DNA of 62,163 bases, counting the filler, from Basidiobolus ranarum (Eukaryota): assembly GCA_040143965.1 (NCBI GenBank). It is 14 parts of 14 records of this genome, joined end to end, with 100 filler letters (N's around TTAATTAATTAA, not from the genome) between each part and the next. Parts side by side here need not be neighbours in the genome. Positions count along the whole stretch, not along the records: positions 1 to 4,360 come from JASJQH010001990.1; positions 4,461 to 8,818 come from JASJQH010001991.1; positions 8,919 to 13,275 come from JASJQH010001992.1; 11 more parts are not named here. One strand, written 5' to 3'. Below the pieces are notes generated by a model. That model worked only from the letters and a program-made list of their open reading frames with translations. It was not told the DNA's origin and ran no database searches. A program made the translations under genes and the position numbers. The stretch's first letter is position 1. Every line of letters begins with the position of its first letter. Shown piece by piece: positions 1 through 12,185 of the stretch.

Positions 1-326
1 CAATATCTTAAAAGATTGATGTCTTGATTGTCACTTTGTTTAGATTAGTGCATAAGCTAAATAAAGTCCACACCACCTGGTGCTTTTCACCCCCCCAATA
101 TTGACAACTAATAAACTGTTCCACCTTGAATTGCTAGCAATGCTTCAGAAAGTAGAATATATCTTGTTAGCAATGCTTCACCAGGTACCAAGCGATATTG
201 CAAGTCCCGGCATGATGATATGGACAATTAATGGGGTTTATTATGGGATAGAAAGGTAACAAATAACAACCTGTACATGAATTCACAGTAGTATTTACAA
301 ATCATTTTTGTCACTTGATGTCATGG

Positions 327-1522
327 TTATTTTTGGGTTAAAATTGAGACTCCTTTTGTCTCTTCCTCTCCTTTCTCCAATTGTGGAGCATCATTGTCTC
401 CACGGATCACAACAATATCCTTCTCGAGATCTTGGAACCCTCCGTATTTGTATATAGCAATAGCCACAATCCAGATAAATACGAAAAGACTGACAATACA
501 GTATCCGATAATATCAAAATGATCTCCAACTTCGCCGAAAAACTCCCAGAATGCTCCTTTCAATTCAAGCTTATCTCCCAGTATGTTGAACACTTGCACT
601 ATACCAATGATCAGGGCGATGACCACTGAGATAAACGTAATGGTAAAGTTAAAGTAGATCTTACGAATGGGGGATATGAAGGCCCAGCTATAGGTACACA
701 GCATGAGCATTCCGTCTAAGGTGTCTATCAGTGACATTCCTGCAGTAAACAATAATGGGAAGAAGAGGATCAGTCCTATGGGCAAGCCGTTATTTGCTTG
801 AGTAGCAGATAAAGCCAACAGAGTGATTTCAGTTGCTGTATCAAATCCAAACCCGAAGAGAATCCCCAATGGGTACATTTTCCAACTGGCGTCAATGAAG
901 TTGAAAATAGGTCTAAAGAATCGAGATAAAACTCCTCCTGAATTAAGCATCTCTTCCACATCAATCTCCCTATATACTTTATCACGACGAAGGACTCTCA
1001 ACTGCTTCCAAATGCTCACCAAAACTACGGCATTCATGATACCAATGAGCAATAGAAACGCCCCCGACACGCAAGTACCAATAATACCACCAACATCTTG
1101 GAATGCTGGGAACTTATCTGCAACGGCAGTGGCGGTAGCGGCAATAGCAATGGATGCAACAATGACAATTGTAGAGTGACCCAAGGAGAAGAAAAGTCCC
1201 ACCAGGCATGGCCTTTTATTGGACTGAATCAGTTTACGCGTAACGTTATCAATTGCTGTTAAAGGGAAATGGTTAATTTTGGAGTTAAAGAGAATGATTA
1301 GCCGCGAAATATACCTGTGATATGGTCAGCATCCAACGCGTGGCGCAACCCGAGAGTGTATGCTAGAACGGCTTGACTGAGGAGTCCATTGTAGCTCTTC
1401 AGAGTGAGTACTGCGGCAATCCACAGACCGACGTTTACTAGCACCAGTGAAGATATGGTAATGATGACTTTACGTCTGAAAGGGCGATTCTCTTCCAGCA
1501 TAAATGCATCAACGATACCCAT
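327..1522 (-). CDS. nic1: High-affinity nickel/cobalt permease (NiCoT family), 2 exons (1522-1315, 1255-327), about 378 aa
   Basis: Removing a 59-nt GT..AG intron (1314-1256) gives [22 protein letters not shown] (NiCoT signature). This is followed by FFSLGHSTIV, LFGFGFDTATE and MSLIDTLDG, with multiple TM segments. Confidence 0.93.
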
Positions 1523-4360
1523 GACAAAAATCTACAACAGAAAGGAATAAGCAATCAGCTAAGCAGTGAGAGCAAGTAGGGCCAGCTAAAAGTGAAGCGT
1601 TAAATTGGTGGGAAGGAGTTCGAGACAAGATGACTGTTTTATAGCAGGCATTTGATGGGCAATGTTTGAGATTATATTCGTACAGGTTACAAATCATGAG
1701 GGGTGATTACTAAATTTGGAACAGTCGACAATTGATACCAAACCATATCTGACCAGTGAGTAGGGAAAAGGGGAAAGGGAAAAGAGAAAAGGGATGAAAG
1801 CCATGGCCAGTTTGAGATCTCACTGAGTCATGATCTTGTCCAACTATTTATCACCTACTGATGATCTCCACAAATCAGCACTAGGTTTACCCTGAGTCAG
1901 TTCTAATCTTCGTTTAGGACAGTTCTGAATATTTGTGCACTTTCTTATATCATTCAGTAAATAGAGATTAAAGAGAACTCAAAGACTTGTTTTGTATTGG
2001 GGAGAGTGGTGTAACCTTATTTCCAGATCTGTTTGAAGACTGATAAAAGATGAGAGCGATTGTAACCTTAAATTAAGCTTCGATCCTTGGGTAGATCATG
2101 CCTCAGTCAAGTGAACATTGGGCGTATCTGATCTGAATTTCTGGATCTTGCTACGACAATGATGAATCTCAAACACTACCGAAACCTCAGCTAAGCGGAT
2201 AATCCAAGGTGATTGGAACTTTTGATGATAGTATTAGTTGCACATAAAATGTTCAGGTTTGGAAAATAAAGCAAATATAACTCACCGAAATGAGCCTGTA
2301 AGCACCTAGTTCGTACATTCAACACGCCCTTGCTCTAAGTTGACAATCATGAGTGGGGCTAAAATGCAAATGATCTCTGTTATTTCCATAGCAGAGCGCT
2401 CTCTGTAAGCAACACTTGTTGACTTCTGACGACCAGTCTCACTTGAAGCAACCAGGGACTTTGGGACAATACTCTTGTGGATTAACAGTGCTATCATGTT
2501 TGAGTTCATTATGGTTACACATTCTAACTCATGGAAAGTAGCGTTGCTTGATGTAAAGCAAACGACATTCCATCAATTCAGCATGTGAAGATGAACAAGT
2601 ATCACTATCTGTGAATTTTCACCTTTTTTATCATCACCTATTTGCATATATTGAGCGGGAATACCTGTGGCAACACTCACGATGCGTTCATCAAGTTATG
2701 GACTTGATCAAATGTGATGTATGACCGAGCACCACCTGTGGATATATTATAGAAAGATACCTATATATATATGGTATTCCCATCATGTCTACTGCCAACC
2801 TAGGTAAAATTAAGATACAAATCTACTTGTTTAGAGAATAGTCAACATGTTAACTAGACATCAATTTGATGATGGTGATGCTTATCCAAGATGAATTTTT
2901 CTGACTGGATCTATGCGATATTGGTTCAATGATCTTCAATATGCCATTCAAGAGCAAGTAATATTTACCTGAAATATCTACTCATCCAACACGTATTAGC
3001 TTTATTTGTCTGGCCTTATGGATATCTAAGGAATCTTTAGTTTTCAGGCTCTTGCTCAGTGAATAATTTGGCGGATGAAATACTTGAGCGATTTGCTACA
3101 CTTGGCCAAGCTGATTTGAATCTAGAAATACATAGATTACCCAATAATTTAGTGTTAAAGCCCACTCATAGTGACATACTAATGTCAACGAGTTCATCAA
3201 AGCACCGTTATCAGAGCACCTGTCATCAGCATTGAATTTACATAAAATTCTCGACTTAGCAAATGTAATCTACACGTAATAAAAGTAATTATCGTTACAC
3301 TAGACTCATTATTAAAGCTATTTAACCGATATACAGTTCACTAAGCAGGGGTATATTAAAGTATAAAGTGAATGCCGTAGCTAGAAGAATAATGGTAGTG
3401 GTAATGGTAGAACTTCCCTGGTAAAAGTAGGTTACTACAACTAAAAAGGACTGGCATCAAAAATCTCAATAAGTCCACATTATGCTTATAAAGAGAATAC
3501 ATGCACTATTAAAGCTACGTAGCACCGGAGACTCTTTCTGAAGAAGCCCGTTTGTTAATCTGCTTCAATAAATGATAAGTTGGATATATTATTTCTTTAT
3601 TGTGTATGTAGTTGTCATAGAATATCTCAGCAGAAGCAGAGTAATTATATAAATGAATTCCTTCCGTGCTTGTCAAGCTAGCGCTGGTTTAACAGTATGC
3701 TCATCTAGCAGTAATGCTCTACGCTGTAGTACTCAACATGTGGGTTATCTTACTACAAGCAGTATGTAACTATTTCCATACTTCAATCTTCAACCTCAGC
3801 ATCAGTAGTAACCCATACCCAAAGCAACTTACGCAACCTGATATTAAAGGAGTTGATATTTATTAAAGTAATTAATGTTTCAGTCAATTTTGACTGTCGG
3901 GCATTCTAAACATTTACAGAGCCCCTAGAGTTGATTGTTTCAGCATTCACTACTGCCGTACATACTTTTCATATTCAACTTCTCATTGTCGCTATTCATT
4001 GGTCGCACATATTGTAGAAGTTTGAGTCTTCGCAGTAAAATATCGTGAATTACCACACGTCGCTTGGTGTTGGCGACATTGTGGGCCTGAATCAACACAT
4101 TAAATAGGAAAACTTCGATAATCATGGTTGGAGTGTTACAAATAAGCTGAGCAGCTTCGTTCCATAGCATACCACTAGCCATGCACACCAAGCTCAATGT
4201 GGTTAAAGCCGAGCCTAGTACAGACTCTGATATGGAACAGATGTAACCCCGTTACGTAGTTTTCCAATTATTTCAGCGGATACAAAGTTGGTGCAAGTAT
4301 ATAGAGATTGGAGGTGGTAATGATTTATTCCTGATGTCTGCGTCGATTTACTAACTACAA

Positions 4361-4460
4361 NNNNNNNNNNNNNNNNNNNNNNNNNNNNNNNNNNNNNNNN
4401 NNNNTTAATTAATTAANNNNNNNNNNNNNNNNNNNNNNNNNNNNNNNNNNNNNNNNNNNN
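4361..4460. other. Artificial contig linker N44-TTAATTAATTAA-N44
   Basis: Identical 100-nt spacer with stops in all frames, repeated 13 times. Confidence 0.98.
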
Positions 4461-5080
4461 TAAATAAGGAATCAATAAATATGACAATCATCTGGGCAAA
4501 GCTTGTGCGAGGATTGGGGTAGGGACAGAGGTCTTATCCTAGCCTCTGCTCGCAACTTGAAACCATTGGGTAACATTCTGGAATGCTAATCAACCTTCTC
4601 TCTACTAGTAGAGTCTAGGTGGGGTGCTTGTCTAGTGGTTTAAGTGATAGACAGGAGAGACAATTGCTCCTGGTCAAGAATGACTTATAATCAAGTGCTA
4701 AACGGAAACATGATTCCACTGAGGAAGAAACACTGCAAATTTCAAAAAGGAAAATATAGGGGTGAGAATGCACAGGAGACATCGCGGAAAGCCTCTTCTT
4801 GATTTACGCCTTTTGCTTGTTTCTCAAAGTTCCAAAGTAGTACCCGGAGATCATCTTCCGATTGGTTTCTTGAAACTCTAAACAGATAGTGAAAGGCCCA
4901 GTATACCTTCATTGGCACATTTACCTCCGGTACCTACAGATCTAGCTTACAGTTTAAACTAATTTTATTGGAAACAATTTGCCGAAGGTGGAGAAAGAAA
5001 AGATACTACTATAAGTATTAATGACATCCTGGAATATATGAAGATGTGATCGCATTTTTGGCGTTTTCAGGTGGGCAGTG

Positions 5081-5182
5081 AGACCACAAGTTGCAATCTA
5101 GCTTCCACAATTGGGTGGTCTGTGGGTGGGGGAGAGATTCCCCCGACATGGAGGGCGACTCAATAGACCGTCCTCCCCACCC
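5081..5182. other. GC-rich multi-hairpin island (candidate structured RNA or element terminus)
   Basis: Stems: AGACCAC/GTGGTCT (5081-5087/5115-5121), GGGTGG/CCACCC (5124-5129/5177-5182), GGGA/TCCC, GGAGGGCG/CGTCCTCC (5150-5157/5169-5176). Confidence 0.3.
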
Positions 5183-7882
5183 GGGAAGAGGAATCGAATT
5201 TTATTATTTTAATCATGTAGTATTGGCTTAATGAAACTTGACGGTATGAGACTATTATATTATATATTTGCCTAAGTAAATGTGCAATTGCACGAGTTTG
5301 CGTGCTATAAGTTCTATATCAGGATTCACAGGTCCAGATGTCGTACGTTTTCCAGTGAAAGTGGAAGTAGGTAATTTCAAGAAGTACTCTCCAACTCAAT
5401 CAGCTTCATAAGAATACTCGCCATCATCACTTGTTCCACTCTATACCATAGACAACTTACCTTCATTACCTGGGACAAGAAATGTCCCGTTGAGTTGCAT
5501 AATATATTTATAGATCGCACAGTCAGAGCAACATAAAAAGGATTTACATTCCGATTTCCTTTTGTTCAATCATTTTTAGTTACTTTTTGTACTTCTTTAA
5601 CCTGTTGATAAAATTTGTATTTACATCACCTAATCGGAATAACAAAATTGATGTATTATGCTGAATAGGACTCAGTGTTTGTTCAAGTGTATTATTGCTA
5701 TTGTATTTTCTATTTCTACTTCTGAATACTTTAACAGATATATCATGTTCCAGTTTGTTAACATTATTTAGTCTAATATCACATAGTTCAAAATCAGACC
5801 ATATGTTGAGCTTATTCATGAATAATCCCAGAATTAGGCAAGTTGAACTGAAAATTTTGAAGTTATTCCCATTAACTCCAATATGCTGTATTATTTCATG
5901 AAGATGTTCGGAACACAGCTTCATCAATTGTTCTTAATGTTATCTTCAAAACATAACTTCATTTTTTTCGTTGAATAAGAAACATCTCTGAAACTCACAA
6001 TAACTCTACTTCTTAAAACACATTTCATAACCTTGAATTATCTCAATAATGCTCTGAATAGAACAATATGGCAGTCAGGCGGGTTAAGCTGATGCTCCAT
6101 TGTTAGCATCATGGTTTCTGTTTCTAAATAATCAGCAGTCCTTGATTGAATATTCAGTAGTAAATTTCTGTATTCTATTCCTCTTTGAGAAATGCTGAAC
6201 ATATAGCACGCATTAGGGTGAACATGCTAAATGAATATCCTAGTGCTTGATTCTGATACTTAGGTGCTAGCTTCTTTGTGCTACATAATTGACATTGCAA
6301 CATGTTAAGACCATTTCTTTTGAGACATAAGCTCCATCGAGGTCGCTTTGATATAAGAACATTTCGGAGGTTATCAGTACGACACGTTCAAGCAAAACCT
6401 TAGAGGCTTAAAAGATATGTTTCCATTTTACAGTCGATATGAAATATTAATATAGGCCTCAAATCTTGAAGCAAGCATCATACTGTAGACGCAGGCTTAT
6501 TCAATTGACCGAATCAGAATCTCCATTTCTAAATTGACTGATCTTATAGAGAGGGATCAACATGTTAGTGTAGAATGGAGCCATATATGTCAAATTGCTC
6601 GGCACGAAAGTAGTACCATGGTTTACCTCATAAGTTCAATCGAGAAGATTTTGTTACTTACTATGGAGGTTGGCGTTCACGATTAGGAGTGTGACCGATC
6701 ATACTTACCGCAGAAATGTTGCTTTCTGTTTCAATGGGATCAGTCTAATATACCCTCATATAAACTATTATTAAAAATCCGAGTTCATATTAAACAAATG
6801 ACCTCCCATATGGATATTCATTTTCTAGACTTTATAGACTCTTGCTTCTGAATCTGCATAGAATTTCGGCAAAAATATCCATAATCATGATGAATGAATC
6901 ATCGGGATTCACCATCAGATAACTGATATAGCCAACCACATTCGTTAACTATGTTGAAGCACATTCAGGGATTAACAAAGACCTCTATATTCACAAATGG
7001 CGTCTATGACTGCTATACAGAGTCCTATCCCATGTCATAGCTTTCAGTTGCAACCAAAGAGAAGGTTTGTTCATTCAGGCTTTATGAAAACCGGAGGTCG
7101 ATATTCTATGCTACTCTCAACATTTTTCATAATGGAATGAATTCTTGTTTCAAAAGCAAACTAACTATTACTAAAAGTAGCAATCAACACTTGATCACCC
7201 AAAGGGACCGTGCAGAGTCCTACCCACTATGATGATGAGTCAAATCTGATCTTGAATGACTCAAACTTTAAGTGAATCAACTGGTTCCATAGTTAGATTT
7301 CTCATTTACTAGATCATGATTGATCCTTGGCAACGAATAGTAAGTACTTATCAGAGGCCTATGGGTCGTTCCAGGTCTCTGGTACCTGGCTAAATTACAA
7401 TTTTGGTTTCCGGTCAAAGTAAACAATGCGCAATGAATTTTCATTAGCAAAGCGAGATTATATCTATTCAATGACAACTAAAGAAACTAATGTTTCTGCT
7501 ATTGCATGAAAACCCTTCCCATAAGGGCAATGTACACTTATCTAGTACAGACAGATTCGCTCATCTCGTTTGGCTTACTACAGTAAAGGGATTTGTTTGC
7601 AATAGGCACTCTCACATTAAATAATTGACTACCAATACATGTTGGACAACAATCCCTTGTCGTATATGTTGACAGTTAGCCAGATGTACATTTATTTACG
7701 AGTAAAACATGTTTCAGAGAAGTTTGCTTATGGTTTGTTTCCTAATGCGGCAAATATCCCGATTGTGAACCTCGACTCGAATACCAGGATTAAAATGGTA
7801 AGGCTAACCCTAATTCAGACATAATTTTAGCAAATTTAAATCAAGAGGTACTTAACATGGAATTTATTTTGAACTATTTACA

Positions 7883-8818
7883 TTATGCCGACGCTGATGG
7901 ATATGGTGTTGGTGTTACATGGTCAATATCCACTACACAAGACTTATATTGACTAGTGAGAATCTCTGAATTTTTCTCATGATCTTTTTCTAACTGCGTT
8001 CGGATATCATCGGGGAATCGTATACAAAGGATATAGTAAATTAAAATATATAGAGTAATCCCAGTGCGAGCAATAATGGTAAATGGAATCTCAAATAGGA
8101 TCGGATAGCACATAATTAAGTCTGGGCGCCACGATAAGCCAAGACGACCACAGCTCCAGGATTGCCATACATTATAGAAGATGATTCCAGCCCAACAAAC
8201 GAATACTGCATCAGCATAGAACACCATTAGCTTTACGAAGTCATCAAGTGACCTGATTCTCACGAATGACCAGATAATACCAACCAATTGTGCGATTTCT
8301 CGAGCCAAACTAATTAGTTTCCATAAGGAATAGGTACGGGCAAACCACTTGGGGCCATAGGATAATCCTCCGGGAGCAAATAATACTCGTATCCATCTCA
8401 TCATGAACATACAGCCAGCAGGATCCCACGAACGCATTCGTTGATTTAGAAATGAGTGTTCCCCACATTTGCACATTGATGGATTTAGCTTTCTCCTTAA
8501 AGGGTCAGGTAATATATCGTACCAGTGCACGGCACAGTAGGGTACAACAGTTGGAACAATACAGTCTCGAACGTAGCCGATTCGACAGGGACAAGAAACC
8601 CCCAATTTAGGTTTTCTTCTTCCAGATAATTTATGAACGAGGTACCCCATCTCTAAATCTTCACCATTAAATATTGTACAGTGTCGGCTCAGTACCTCCT
8701 TGAGTGAGTTCAATCTCCATGTGGAAATTGCTCCTGATGCAAATAATTGAGTTCCAAAGTGAGAAGCAAAGTATCGACCGACATCTCCACTGAGGTATTC
8801 CACCTGTTGAATGGTGGC
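7883..8818 (-). CDS. Processive glycosyltransferase family 2 membrane protein, 5'-truncated at the contig edge
   Basis: Open frame runs to the contig edge. Motifs: QQVEY, ASGAISTW, GEDLEMG (catalytic Asp), QRMRSW (QxxRW-like), then several C-terminal TM helices. Confidence 0.75.
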   Translation of the reverse strand, partial: ATIQQVEYLSGDVGRYFASHFGTQLFASGAISTWRLNSLKEVLSRHCTIFNGEDLEMGYLVHKLSGRRKPKLGVSCPCRIGYVRDCIVPTVVPYCAVHWYDILPDPLRRKLNPSMCKCGEHSFLNQRMRSWDPAGCMFMMRWIRVLFAPGGLSYGPKWFARTYSLWKLISLAREIAQLVGIIWSFVRIRSLDDFVKLMVFYADAVFVCWAGIIFYNVWQSWSCGRLGLSWRPDLIMCYPILFEIPFTIIARTGITLYILIYYILCIRFPDDIRTQLEKDHEKNSEILTSQYKSCVVDIDHVTPTPYPSASA

Positions 8819-8918
8819 NNNNNNNNNNNNNNNNNNNNNNNNNNNNNNNNNNNNNNNNNNNNTTAATTAATTAANNNNNNNNNNNNNNNNNNNNNNNNNN
8901 NNNNNNNNNNNNNNNNNN
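8819..8918. other. Artificial contig linker
   Basis: N44-TTAATTAATTAA-N44. Confidence 0.98.
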
Positions 8919-8998
8919 AGGCAAAAATCTTCTAGACCCGGCAAACTTTATTCCAACTTGTTGGGTTTTGAGCATGTGGCTAACTTGAGTGCGTCTGA

Positions 8999-9280
8999 CA
9001 GTTATGGGCAGGAAAACATGGACAGATTTGTCTTTGAATGGGCCAGTAAGCTATTAACAGCAAGAAAACTTAAAATGCCCGGATGTTCATGTAGTTGTTT
9101 ATACTTTTAGAGAAACATAATGGATCAATTACGGCTGAGCATGGCGTTGGCATATCAAAGGTTAATTATATGAATCGTGCGAAATCACCTGTCCAAATAG
9201 AGTTAATGCGAGCTATCAAAAAAGAAATTGATCCCAATGGGATAATGAATCCGTACAAAATGGTACCTTCTGAATTGTAA
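8999..9280 (+). CDS. 3' exons of an FAD-linked oxidase (D-2-hydroxyglutarate/D-lactate dehydrogenase-like), partial; 5' boundary approximate
   Basis: FVFEWA, then a GTAAGC..TTTTAG intron, then KKHNGSITAEHGVGISK...IKKEIDPNGIMNPYKM (FAD-oxidase C-terminal AEHG and DPxGIMNP motifs). Confidence 0.85.
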
Positions 9281-9344
9281 AGCAACTACTAACATTATAG
9301 TTTAAGAAAAAACAAAAAAATTAAAGCGAACATTGGCAGCTGTT

Positions 9345-10223
9345 TTACAGGAATATGCAACCCTTCTTGTTGCCCTTAAGACGCTTTCTTGCCTTGGGGT
9401 TTAACAAAGCGGCAGCAGCAGCTTGTTCAAATACATCTTGAACTCCCTCATTTGACTTGGCTGAGCATTCCACGTATTTCACAGCTTCAATGCTTTTAGC
9501 TGCATCAAGTGCCTACAATAAGAAACTTGAAGCTTTGAGAAACTGTTCAGAGCTCAAAAAGCATTTATCTCCAAACCTCTTGATACTCTATAGGTTTCTG
9601 CATTGTCTTTTGTAGCTCTTTGATTATTTCTTTATCCTCTCTTAAATCACTCTTGCAACCTACCAAGACAATGGGAACGTTCTTGCAATATGCATCTAAT
9701 TCTCCAATCCACTTTAAGAAAAGTAAGCACCAACGCTGTTTGAGTGTATAGCCTATAAAAACTGAACATTTACCTTTTTTTGGATACTTTCAAAAGAGTC
9801 GCGCGAACTTATTGAAAAACAAAGTAACAGCACATGCGTATGTTGGTAAGATAAAGGGCGTAGGCGGTCATATTCTTCTTGGCCTATAAGATATAAAGTC
9901 ATAGTTCAGCTTCCGACATCTTAATTTATTATATATTTGTTATTGCCTTGCAATTGTTTACACCTTCTACAGTATCCCAAAACGCCATTTCCACTTCCCT
10001 GCCGTTGATTTCTAATTCTGCTACATAGCTATAAAAGACTCGAGGAATGTACTTTGAAATTGCATATAATCTTTTTTAACAGTCAGATAAAAAGCCACAT
10101 GCATTTACACTTTTATACCTCCGGGAGAGCTTGATTTACGTAACTAAATAACAAGCATGTTTTACCGCATCCGCCATCACCCACTACAACAAAATTTACT
10201 CTCTGTGGTAGTTGTGTCCCCAT
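9345..10223 (-). CDS. Rho-family small GTPase (atypical), 5 exons
   Basis: Not in the ORF track. Spliced: [25 protein letters not shown]...[13 protein letters not shown]...LVGCKSDLR...YVECSAK...[14 protein letters not shown] (polybasic tail plus CAAX). Four short GT-AG introns. Confidence 0.9.
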
Positions 10224-10732
10224 TCTTTATAACAGAAAAAATAAAACAAGTCTGATTATGTTCGATAAGAGAGAGTTGTAGAGCTAACAGTAAAAAAAGT
10301 CAAAAAAAGGCGGGAGGGGAAGGAAGAGACAAAAATCAGGCAACGCAAAAAGTTTCAAAATACCACGACGGCTTTTGTGCAGGACAATGTGATATAGTGG
10401 GATAATCAAAAAGGCAACCTTGAGCAAGAATAGCTTTTATAAAGGTGCTGATATGTTGCACGAAGAAGTTTCTTACTTTCTATTGTTGCTGCGGAATATG
10501 CATATGAAATAAGAATTGTCATTTGCCATTATATAGACAGAGTTGCTATTCTTGATAGTTTCTTTAAAACTGAAATTTCCATCCACCTTTCTCGAACTTC
10601 CTGTTGCAATAGTATTTCTGTGTATCTTGTAGTCCTATTTCTCATTAGTATTTTGATGACTTTGGTGAGCAACATCAACAGATCATATGAAGCACTATTT
10701 TGACTGTGTATCCAGAGATTGAAAGCAATCAA

Positions 10733-11060
10733 TGTTAAATTATTTGGGTGCCTGTTGGAAGTGGTTTGGAGAATTAGAGAAATTGGTGGTTGTCAGTTAT
10801 TGATTTATTGAGTAGAAAGTTGACATTTATAGTTTTGTCAAGATGTAAGCAAACTGACATGTAGAATGTGTTTAGGAAGGTCCCAGGAACATGTGTGCAA
10901 AGTTTGGGGCTTCTACACAAGTTTGAAAAATCTATATATCTGAGAACTTCTGGGTAAATTTCAATTGAGATTAATGGGTAATATCTTAGTAAGATATAAG
11001 ATAACTAAGTACTAAGCTATATATGACTATATAGGTGCTTAGGCAATACTAATTTTAACA
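10733..11060 (-). mobile_element. Solo LTR of Ty1/copia family A
   Basis: TG...CA termini, about 330 bp. Homologous to copies at 29606-30139, 44021-44368 and 53477-53822. Confidence 0.8.
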
Positions 11061-11179
11061 AAAACCAGAGGAAAATCTAAAATTTGGACTTACCCTCCAG
11101 GAATCAGTGAAATCCCTTCAGAGTACCACTGAGGAACTATAGGAAAAGTGCATAAAATCCAATGTATAATATTTCTCTT

Positions 11180-12185
11180 AGGGGGTATTAGCAATGGAGA
11201 TAGAAATGGTGGTGTGTGGAATGGAGGAGATAACAGTAAGGGCAATGGTGGCAATAGAGCTGGATCTTATGATGTTGGAAAATACAGTCATGAAAGTTGT
11301 CATGATAACAGGGATGCTGCCAATGGAGCTTACACTTATGATACTGGAAAGGGTGATAATTGCAACAAAAATGCTAATGGTTGTGCCTATAATAGAGCTA
11401 GTACTTATGGTATTGGAAAGGGTGGAAATGAGGGTGGCATGAAGCTTACACATATGATACCTAAAATGGTGAAAATAGCAAAGAAGATGGTAGTGATAGT
11501 ATTGCAACTGGAGGAGACAATGGCAACTATGGTTTTGAAGCTAGCACTCATGATGCTGGAAAGGGTGTTAATGGATATGGTGATGGAGGGGATATTGGCA
11601 ATGGAGCTAGTGCTTATAGTGCTGGAAAGCATGGAAATGGGAGTGGCACAAAGCTTGTGCCTATGATATTAGAAATGGTGTTAATAGCAAAGGAGATGGT
11701 AGTGGTGGTACTGGAACTGGTGGAGACAATGGCTACAATGGCAATGAAGCTGGTGTCTATGATGCTGGAAGGGGTTGAAATGGAAATGTTGATGACAACA
11801 GTGGTTTAGGTTACAGCAGGGATAATGGCAATGGAGCTATTACATATTGTGTTGGAAATGCTAATGGTAATGGAGCTTGAACTATGATACTAGAAATGGC
11901 AATAATAGCAAAGGAGATGGTAGCATTGGTGCCAGAACTGGAGGAGACAATGGCAACAATGGCAATGGAGCTGGTACTTATGATACTTGAAACAATGGAA
12001 ATGGTTGCAACAATGGTGTTTGTAGTAATGAATGGATAATGGCAATGGAAATAGTGCTTATGATGCTGCAAACTGGTACCAAAGATAACAGAAGGTGTGG
12101 TAATGTTGATGGAGATTGAAAAGGTGACAACAATGACAAAGGTGGTAATGGTGCCAACACTTATAGTGGTTGTAAAGGTTGAATA
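11180..12185 (+). pseudogene. Decayed Gly/Asn-rich tandem-repeat coding sequence
   Basis: Recurring units such as AATGGAGCT...TATGATGCTGGAAA and GGAGACAATGGC translate to GxGGDNGNxGxGAxxYDxGKG. Several frameshifts and stops. Putative acceptor TTTCTCTTAG near 11180. Confidence 0.55.

Noticed and set aside
1256-1314. NiCoT intron with CTTTAAC motifs as a possible U12 intron
   Set aside because: The 5' site GTATATTT lacks the CC at +5/+6 and the branch-like motifs are poorly matched or placed; more likely U2.
3400-4250. Possible decayed minus-strand gene with a faint resemblance to fungal ADAM metalloproteases
   Set aside because: No HExxH motif found and too many stops; not supportable without a search.
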